The notes beneath the pieces were generated by a model, which saw only the letters and a program-made list of their open reading frames with translations, was not told the origin of the DNA and did not search any database. Positions 54,776 to 64,000 of a DNA stretch of 64,000 nt are shown here, piece after piece. The translations under genes and the position numbers were made by a program. The stretch is from Squalus acanthias (lineage: Eukaryota), in NCBI GenBank assembly GCA_030390025.1, contig CM059432.1, positions 143,780,001 to 143,844,000 of the forward strand. The letters are read 5' to 3'. Each line of letters starts with the position of its first letter. Position 1 is the first letter of the stretch.

Positions 54776-57485
54776 TTTTACTGCACCCCCCCTGCAGTGC
54801 TGTTGCTGTGGAGGCAAACATGGCAATTTGCACAGCAAGGTCCCACAAATGAAGGAACGGCCAGATAAGCTCTTTTTTTTGGCGATGGTTGAAGCATGAA
54901 TGTTAGTTGGGACAGCAAGAAAAACTTGCCATTTCTCTTCAATTAGCGCAGAATAGTAATCCAATATCAAATCTAGCATCCCAAGTGGGGGGGTGAAAAT
55001 TCAGAATAAATCAATTCTCATTCCATTTTAATATACCAGCATACAGTGCCAGTTGTTGGGACACTGGCTAAAACCAATAGCCCACATGGCCAGATTACTG
55101 GAAGGATGCAGCAAAGGAGGAAATTTTTAAAAATGCGAATGAGGAGAAAAGCAGAAGTTGTTGCATTCTGTTTACATATCAAATGCAAATTCTGTGATGC
55201 AAGTTCCTCCCACGCAGGATTTGGAAATTGCAGCAATAAGTGATACCACACTGCTAACTTTGGCTCACTAAGTTGGTTCTGTATTTCAATTATAATTTAT
55301 ATAGAACCAAAGGAGTTTATAGCACAAGGGGAGGCCAATCAGCCCACTGTCTGTGCCAGCTCTTTACTACAACAATCCAAAACTAATCCCCCTGCTCTGC
55401 CCTTCCCCAATCTTCTGCTGCTTCACATGTTGATTCAGATTCCCCCGAGAAGATGCCTCAACTGCTCCTTACTGCAAGACTGAATCATATTCACAATTTC
55501 TGTTGTCAAACTTTTAAATCTGTAACTTAAAAAAATTTACCTGCAATACAAAGTGTTGCAAATTTAATCAGCTATAGTCAGTTAGAGAAATTATTGGAAG
55601 CTGGAAACTAAAGAATTAAATAGCACATGATTTCAAGAAATTACGACTACAAATTTAAATTTCAGGAAGTTTTTCCCTGTTCAATTTACTAAAAAGGCTG
55701 GCAGATTTCCAGAATGGATTTTTATCTGGAGCAAGCAAGATCATTCAAGTTTTTCCACTCCTCGGAGATGGTTTAACAAATTCAGCTCCCCCATCTACAA
55801 TCCTATTCGAATTATGGAATCTTAAAACCTACAGCAAAAAATAGATGCATGAGAACTAAAATAATTTTATGTAAAGTTGTGGGGAGGAGGCACAATGAAT
55901 TAAGCATTCTGTCGGTTTACTCCTAGGACCTGGTTTGACTCCAACCCGGACTGAAATTAGTTTCCAGTTGTCAAGAACTCAACACAAAAATGTCCTTAAT
56001 TTAGCTATTACTGGCAGTAAAGTGGCAATTTTAGAGGTGCCACATGGATGCCAGATAGGAAAAATCTCACACTGGTACAGTCCAGATGTTCTGATAGAGT
56101 TTTTTTTTTGCATCAGCCAGGTGTCTGGCATAAGCAGAAATTACTACCACACTTCAGACTCCAAACTGAGCCTCCAACAACATGCACATAGCATTTCTGT
56201 TTTGCCTAATAGAGTGCACACTCCATCTCATTAGGAACACACCCCATTTATCCAAATCCACAGATCTTGGATGTAGTTTGCAAAGCCAAGGATTCAGGGT
56301 ACTGTTGGGAGTTTAACCACCTAAAACCGTGCAGATGGCCAGTATAGAGACAAACTGGGAAAGCATTGCAGTATCCAATAGTAACAGAGTAGTGGCAAGA
56401 TTCCTGGGCCCTTTCCACCTCTGACTACCCGAACAACTGGAGTATTGATTTTCAGGGTTATCTGGAGTCTGGAGAGAAGAATTTGAGTCCCCAGACAAGT
56501 TCCCCCTCCAAGTTCCAGGTTGACTAATCAACAGTGCCCTGGAGCACTGCAGAACTACCCGATTCAGCGTTCGGATTACTTTAGAGGGTTGACTTTGGTC
56601 CCAAATTCCATCACTAGTCGTGCCATCCTGGCGCCAAATCAACGTCCAAGACCGTTACCTTCTCCTCCACCCTCCAAGGAGAGAGTCAATAATTGGTGGT
56701 TAAACTGATGAGTGTAGATGCGAGCCCTCACTACATGGATAGCAGGAATCAGGAGCTCCACACAAGCAGCGTAATGAGCAAAATGTGTAGTGCAATGCCA
56801 ACTTTCTTGTGACTGTAGCATGGACACACACACTATATCCAAGAAAACAATGCTCTACCAGTTGGAGATGTGGAGTTTCAGCATCAGCTACTTTCCTCTC
56901 TGAAACCAAGCCATGGTAGGCAGCAATCTCTGGGCATATGAGAGTTCCAACAATGATCTCCAGGTAATGCTTTCCAACAGCCATCATCAAAAGTCAAGTT
57001 TCCTCATCGGGTATTCAAAACAGATCCACATTCAGCGTGGTGGAAGACCTGCACAAAGCAGCTTGCATTGTGCCAGCCGTCTTGATTTCCCAGATAACCA
57101 AGTCCAAAGTTATTACCAAGCTTACTGGTCATCATTGGCTTAATCCAGGTCCTCATGCAAAAGGGTTGCAGGCAGCTGACTCCATCTGCTCAGTACCCTG
57201 CATAGGTCAATGTAAGCTTGAGTTTTCCCTCCAGTTACTTCCTATTTTTTTTTAAACCACATATCCATTTCAATTTGGTCCTGGATCCTGCACTTGGGGA
57301 GATTCAACATCATTTTCCAATGGTCATTCAAGATGGCACACAGAGTGGAGCTGAACCCCAAAGCGAGTTCACAAACATCACTGTTACAAGGTACCCCACA
57401 ATACTCATACAAGTATCAAGATTCAGGCACAAAAATACTTCAAGCTACATGCTGGCGACGATCAATGCCAACATTACGTCCAAAA

Positions 57486-57580
57486 TGACGAAAGGTCTTC
57501 GACCTGAAACGTTAACTCGGTTTCTCTCTCCACGGATGCTGCCTGGCCTGCTGAGTTTTTCCAGCGTTTTCTGTTGTTTT
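57486..57580 (+). mobile_element. Penelope pLTR fragment
   Basis: Nearly identical to 60059-60150; 5' end of the hammerhead is truncated. Confidence 0.8.
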
Positions 57581-59147
57581 GATTTTAATATGCAGTTTTT
57601 TAAAATTAATAAAGAAATTATGAAAATTTAGGGTTGAACAAGAACTTGTTTTATGTTTTAATGTTTAACATGCCACAGGATTAGCTTCATAACTTCGCAC
57701 GCGTTATCTAGATTAGAAATCTTGCTTTGGACGTGAACTTCCTGTCCCCAAACATTCCTTCCTGCTGTCACAATTTTTGGTCTCGCTTCTCAGTCAACAT
57801 TTCCCAGTTTTGCTGTGTCACCCATCACCATTTATTGCTGCTCTGCCATTAGGTGGCTCAAGTGGAGCGAATTTCTGAAACCCTCTCCTCCAACTCGTCG
57901 CCCATCCCGTATACTGTATTAACAGTTATTTTAAATCAACTGTAGGTAATTCCACAAAACAATTCACAAGTGCTGAACTAAAATCACGGTGGCATTGGAG
58001 CTTGTCTTGCACAATTTGAATCTAGACCACATATTTTTGTAGAAAATAGTAGCTCAACATTCTTTTAGCTAGTTTTATTATAGTAGCATCTTAGGTCTTT
58101 GTTGACTTATCCATACAAAGCTATATTGATTCAGAATTGTAGCTGTATTCGTAGATAACGAAGTCCATCTCAAAGGTTTCACACATTCTTTCCAAGACCA
58201 TTAGTTAAAATAGTTGTTAATCCCCTTTAAAACTGATTTGAATTAAATGCAAAATCAAGTGTAATGGTCATTCTTGCAAGTTTAGGTGATCTGCAAACTG
58301 GGGTGCCATGTAGAAACTTTTTTTTCCCCACAGCCAGCATTTAAAAAGTTGACTGATTTTGCTGCAAACAATCAGATTTCACAGCAATTGTACTAATTCC
58401 AAACTACACATCCAAGGGCATGCAATTTACATTAAAGGACTCTGCTGTACATATGTAGTTAATGTGACAAGAATAACGAGCTGAATTCCGAATGCTGTGA
58501 ACACACTTCTTGAACTCGTTTACTACACACTCCAAAGCATTTATAATCTGTGTCTCATAACCAAAAGCTGACACTTCCCATCACTAACAAACAGAACACG
58601 GCCTGATTTCGAGAATGGAGATGAAAAATAGAAAGTAAATCTGCCAAACATCAGCACTTTGAAGAGCTGGGAAAACTTCAAATTTCATTGAAGTTGGCTT
58701 GATAGACATGACCTGAGAGTTTTTCCGCAAGATCACAACTGAAGCAGTACAAGAACTGTTTACACTCAAGGCAGGCCTCCATACTTACACCAATTTGATT
58801 TAAGATTTTGGTCCAGCTGCATTCTGCATTTCAACATTCTGCAAGGGTTGTTGTCTGGAAAGTGCCCCTTGTATGCAGAAGTTCAAATATACAACCACTG
58901 AACCCCAAGGCTTGCAGAACATGCATTAGTCTATGGAAAGTGCCTGGGGCTCTCCAATGAAATGCATTCCAGGGCTTTTAACAAAACATTGAAAAACTAC
59001 ATTCTACATTTAAGTCTTGCCAAATCTCAGGATGCTGTATATTCCTGGTTTTACCAGTTAGCCAGCACTATCACCATGTCCAAATACTAGGTGGAGGGGA
59101 GAGAGAGAAGACGAGAATAGAGGGGGTAATGAGAGAGGGGTACATAT

Positions 59148-59433
59148 GAACATAAGGGAACCTAACAATTAGGAGCAGGAGTAGGCAATACGGCCCCTCA
59201 AGCCTGCTCCACAATTCAAGATCATGATGATCTTCGACCTCAATGCTACTTTCCCGCCCGATCTCCATAACCCTTGGATTCCCCTCAAGTCCAAAAATCT
59301 ATCTATCTATCTCAGCCTTGAATATACTCAATGATTCAGCATCCACAGCTCTTTGGGGTAGAGAATTCCAAAAATTCACAATCCTGAGGTGAAGAATTTC
59401 CTCATCTCAGTCTTAAATGCCTGACCCCTTATC
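59148..59433 (-). mobile_element. CR1 3' end
   Basis: CR1 3' UTR and tail as in the other copies. Confidence 0.75.
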
Positions 59434-59934
59434 TGAAACACGACATCTCGGATAGTGCAGCGACTCCCTCTGTACTGTGCTTAACTAGCAGCCTAGATTA
59501 TCTGCTCAAATCACTGGAGTGAGCCTTAAACCTACAACCTTCTGACTCGGAAGCAAGTGTTACCACTGAGCCACAGCTGACACTTGTGCCTCCGATACAT
59601 CCATTTCCTTCAACATGCTCCTCTGAAACCCCACCCCACTCAACTCTACTCCCTGCTGACTTTGTGCCCTGTCACTGTCCTATCTAGAATCCTTACTGGG
59701 TAAGAACACACCTTTGCTCTACTCCCACCCAAGCATCCTCTGCTGGCTCTCCCCAACACTATCTTCCCCATCCCGATCTCTCAACAAAGAGCCCACCCAA
59801 TTAATTCTCTTCCAACCCTACATTTCAGCCTGTGCCCTTTGGTCTTCTTACTCTAGCCTCCTAACCATTCCCTCCCCTCTTTTTGGTATGTGTCTGTATT
59901 GACCGTACTCCATCCCCAAATCTCCTTATCCTAC

Positions 59935-60154
59935 GATAGTAAAATACTGCGGATGCTGGAAATCCGAAATAACAACAGAAAATGCTGGAAAAACTCAGCA
60001 GGCCAGGCAGCATCCGTGGAGAGAGAAACAGAGTTAACGTTTCAGGTCGAAGACGACCTGACGAAAGGTCTTCGACCTGAAACGTTAACTCTGTTTCTCT
60101 CTCCACGGATGCTGCCTGGCCTGCTGAGTTTTTCCAGCGTTTTCTGTTGTTATT
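59935..60154. mobile_element. Palindromic Penelope pLTR-only insertion
   Basis: Inverted arms around about 60055; 14-bp TSD TCTCCTTATCCTAC at 59921-59934 and 60155-60168; hammerhead core at 60058-60090 lacks the stem I partner. Confidence 0.88.
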
Positions 60155-60184
60155 TCTCCTTATCCTACTACCTGTTTCCCTATC

Positions 60185-60740
60185 ATAAGAACATAAGAAA
60201 TAGGAGCAGGAGTAGGCCACACGGCCCCTCGAGCCTGCTCCGCCATTCAATAAGATCATGGCTGATCACCGACCTCAACTCCACTTTCCCACCCGATCCC
60301 TATCGTTCAAAGCCTAAAAATATCTCAACCATGCTTCTGGTCTTCTACACTAACTATTCATGCTCTGCATCCATTTTTTTCCTCTTGGTTCATTTTGCCA
60401 AGTTAAAAAAAATTCTCATCGCCCACCTGGTTCTTTCGTCAATTATCTTAAATCTGTGTCCTCAGGTTACCGACCCTCCCGTCAGTGGAAACCGTTTCTC
60501 AAAACCCCTCATAAATTTGAACACCTATTAAATCTCTCCTGAACATTCTCTGCTCCAAGGTGAACAATCCCAGCTTCTCAAGTCTCTCCACATAACTGAA
60601 GTCCCTCATCCCTGATACCATTCCAGTAAATCTCCACTGCACCCTCTCGAAGGACTTGACATCCTTCCGAAAATGTGGAGCCCAGAACTGGACAACAATC
60701 CAGCTAAGACCTAGCTAGTGATTTATAAAGGTTGAGCATA
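60185..60740 (-). mobile_element. CR1 3' fragments
   Basis: Tail cataagaacataagaa on the + strand, then C-terminal ORF2 remnants. Confidence 0.75.
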
Positions 60741-61220
60741 AATATCTAACATACAAATATCTAGTTATTTGCTCTGAATTATGACAAAGTAATACCCAAG
60801 GTTAAAGAAATTAAAAAGATTAAATGTAACTGCAAAATTTACACCAGGACAGTTTCTAAAGGTTTACTTAACCCCAAGATCTGGGCACACAGAAGAGGAC
60901 ATTATAAAACAGAAGACTGTTACTGCCTTGAAAAACACAGTCCAAGTTATCAGTGTCAATAATGTGGGTGAAGAAAAACTGGGAATGCTGGAAATCAAAC
61001 AAACACAAATTGCTGGGAATACAAGATGATCATCAGCATTTGGAAAGCCACAAAACAGTCTGCTTTGGCTGGCAAGCCCTCAGAATGAGTTTCTTCAGAT
61101 GTTGAAGGAGCTGCAGGGTTCTCTGACATTTTTTGTTTTTATAATATGGCATTTGTTAGATTTGCATTTTTTCAATTAAACCTTGACTGTCTTTGGGGTA
61201 TTGATAGCAAAAGTACTTAC

Positions 61221-61229
61221 CTCACTGGC
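61221..61229 (-). other. Candidate 9-nt microexon GCCAGTGAG
   Basis: Minus strand cctttgcattattggcattccag|GCCAGTGAG|gtaagtac, in apparently non-repetitive sequence. Confidence 0.4.
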
Positions 61230-62692
61230 CTGGAATGCCAATAATGCAAAGGCTTTATGATTCAAGTACCACGTGACTATTAGTTTTAAGAGGAATTATG
61301 ACCACGAACCTACACAGTATATGATCAGAAGTCTGTTTCATGAGAAAATACTTTCAACAGGATTCAGATTACTTCACAACTCATTTCCAGGTGTAATGTG
61401 CTTAGTGTTACGTATAGCACCATATGAAATGTGAAGTTAAATTTGGAAGAGATTCAGAACCCTTTCAGAGCACCAGTGGTGCAGAACCACAACATAATTC
61501 TGGTGTAAACACTGCAAGCTTTGTTGAAAAGTAATTTGCCGTAGGTAAGGGAATCCCATGCAGTGTACATGTATTGCATTTTACATAGTAAAAAGCATGC
61601 AGAGAGAGAAATACTGTGTGGGTAAGTAATTTGAATAAAGGCCTCCTCCCTCTTGATATACATCAAGTTGTTATCTATTTGCAGAGAAAATCTGTATTTG
61701 ATGATCTCAGAACCCAGAAACATCCACTGAAGTGAATCAGATGCCCTCCAACATCAAGCAGATAACTTTGCAATATGTCTACGGCCCAGGATTGATACAG
61801 GCTCTGCACAGGAGTCCAAATGCTCATTTCTCACAAGGGAGCAAGGAAGATTTTTTAAATTACCCGTTACATTTTGCTTACAAAGTAGTTGCCTGTATGG
61901 TTATCTTATTTAAAAGGAAAGTGCATTCTGCTGAATTGTTTCCCAATTCTAAGTATCAAAGCTAGACTGCCTCAGTTATAAGCTTTCTTACACACATCAT
62001 CATTGTTGTTGTTGTTTTGTGTTTCAAAACTCCTACAGGACATCACGAGTGGGAACAGCAAACTGTGGGCCGTACTCCTACTCATGTCACTGAACAGAAG
62101 TCATGCACAGCGTGAATTCTACAAAAACTGTATGCGTCCAGGTTCCCTCAACTGATAGCTCTGCAACTGAATGACACAACGGTGACAGACACGCCAAAAA
62201 CACATTTATTTTATAACATTAGGATTCTGTGCAACTCAACAGGCTAGATTTCGGTTTTCAGTTCGAAAATGTAAATGCATTGTAGAATAACGTTTAAATT
62301 CCTTGGAATTTTCCTGGCTCTAAGTAGCTTGTCAATGTAAGAATTCAAATTGCACAACAGTCAAATAAGATCAGCTTTCAACTTCTTCAACGGGTTCATC
62401 GGGGAACGTGATACTCAGCCAGCCAGACACCTCGGATTGACCCCGCAGCTCTAGTTATGATGAGGCTTCAATTGGCCACAGCCTCCAAGCTTTTTTGGGG
62501 GGGGGGGCGGGGGGAAGAAAGAGAAGAGGAACACAGCCATGGCTCAGTCTCTACTGCTATTTGGCAGCCTGTACTCAAAAGTATACCTGCATAGCCAAGA
62601 TAAGGCCTATCAGTGATGACCTCCAAGATTAAAGAGCCTGCCGACCCTCAAAGTTGAAGGACAGTGGAAGTTAAATTGCACAATTTTATTAC

Positions 62693-62910
62693 AATAGAAT
62701 TACATAGAGTCTACAGCACAGATACAGGCCATTCGGCCCAACAGGTCCATGCTCCATACGAGCCTCCTCCCACCCCTCTTCTTCACACTCTATCAGCATG
62801 TCTTTTTCTATTCCTTTATCCCTCATACACTCATCTAGCTTTCCCTTAAATGCATCTATGCTATTCGCCTCAATTACTCCTTGTGGCAGCGAGTTCCACA
62901 TTCTCAGCAC
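62693..62910 (-). mobile_element. CR1 3' end
   Basis: LRMWNSLPQGVIEANSIDAFKGKLD. Confidence 0.75.
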
Positions 62911-63569
62911 TTGTTTTGCTCACTTATTTTTGTACACTTCTGAAATTCCCCAGTTACATCTCAAGCAAAACAAAGTTCTGAGTTCAGTCTAGATTTCAGC
63001 ATCAGTGCAACTAACCGTGAAAGACCTAAAACAATGACATTTGTAAAGTAATGCAATTTTCACATTTTTGAAATGGCATCCATGATTGACATTTACTAAC
63101 CATTAGATGTCTCAACTAGTGTTATTAATCACTGTTATAACTAACAGTAAAAGGAAATTCAATAAGCTATTAAGGGGCATCAAAACTTTTGCAAGCAAGA
63201 GAAACACAAGATTTAAAGCGGAAAACAGATAATAGATGCATTCAGAAAGTAGCAATTTTACGAACATAAGAAATAGGAGGAGGAGTAGGCCAAATGGCTC
63301 CTCAAGCCTGTTTCGCCATTCAATAAGAGCATGGCTGATCTTCAACCTCAACTCCACCTACCTGCCCTATCCCCATATCCCTCGATTCCGCTGAAGTCCA
63401 AAAGTCTATCTCAGCCTTGAATATACTCAACGACTAAGCATCCACAGCACTTTGGGGTAGAGAATTCCAAAGATTCACAACCCTCTGAGTGAAGAATTTC
63501 CTCCTCATCTCAGTCTGAAATGGCCGACCCCTTATCCTGAGACTATGCCCCCTGGTTCTAGACTCTCCA

Positions 63570-63779
63570 TGATGCGGAGATGCCGGTGTTGGACTGGGGT
63601 GGACAAAATTGAGAGGTCGCACAACACCAGGTTATAGTCCAACAGTTTTATTTTAAATCACAAGCTTTCGGAGTTACAACTCCTTCGTCAGGTCACCTGA
63701 CGAAGGAGTTGTAACTCCGAAAGCTTGTGATTTAAAATAAAACTGTTGGACTATAACCTGGTGTTGTGCGACCTCTCAA
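63570..63779. mobile_element. Young palindromic insertion, second Penelope-type pLTR family
   Basis: Perfect arms 63608-63693 and 63695-63780; 13-bp TSD TCTAGACTCTCCA at 63557-63569 and 63780-63792. Confidence 0.85.
63693..63730 (+). ncRNA. Minimal type I hammerhead motif
   Basis: TCAC CTGACGA A GGAGTT gt AACTCC GAAA GC TT GTGA: stem I TCAC/GTGA, palindromic AAGCTT, CUU cleavage triplet. Confidence 0.82.
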
Positions 63780-64000
63780 TCTAGACTCTCCAGCCAGAGG
63801 AAACAACCTCTCAGCATCTATCCTGTCAATTCCCCTCAGAATCTTGTATGTTTCAATGAAGATCACCTCTTATTCTTCTAAACTCCAGAGTGTATAGGCC
63901 CAATCTACTCAACCTCTCCTCATTAGGACAACCCTCTCATCCCAGGGATCAATCTAGCGAACCTAAAAGATCAGAAAATAATTATGGATGAGGAAGACCA

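Larger units (their letters stand above)
63262..63962 (-). mobile_element. CR1 3' fragment split by a Penelope-type palindrome
   Basis: GESRTRGHSLRIRGRPF...RVVNLWNSLP; resumes at 63780. Confidence 0.85.

Noticed and set aside
56700..57240. Possible ancient RTE-type LINE remnant
   Set aside because: Only faint motif resemblance; needs a profile search.
59890..60531. 213-aa ORF
   Set aside because: Read-through of a pLTR palindrome and a CR1 tail; no recognisable protein.
62455..62660. TGATGA motifs as a C/D snoRNA
   Set aside because: Inside an old SINE-like repeat; no convincing D box or terminal stem.

Overview
Vertebrate genomic DNA, most likely a cartilaginous fish (inferred from its CR1, DeuSINE and Penelope repeat content). 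The window appears to lie entirely inside a septin-7 (SEPTIN7) gene on the minus strand. Two coding exons are unambiguous: 52901-53003 ([34 protein letters not shown]) and 8339-8445 (P-loop [20 protein letters not shown]...KKTVM), separated by a 44.5 kb intron. The first exon and the next downstream exon were not found. The best finding is a candidate 2-nt microexon (CG, 53603-53604) with a consensus donor, preceded by a 170-nt AG-free zone that contains a distant branch point and pyrimidine tract. A second candidate microexon (9 nt) lies at 61221-61229. The introns are dense in decayed mobile elements: nested CR1 LINEs, a second (Zenon-like) CR1-group LINE, L2, DeuSINEs, Penelope-like elements with minimal hammerhead ribozymes (including a perfect 86-bp-arm palindrome), pogo/Tigger-like and Harbinger-like MITEs, a 1.26 kb solo LTR and a tRNA-Leu pseudogene. 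No intact TE ORF was seen. Repeat boundaries were read by eye and are approximate unless a TSD or TIR is quoted.
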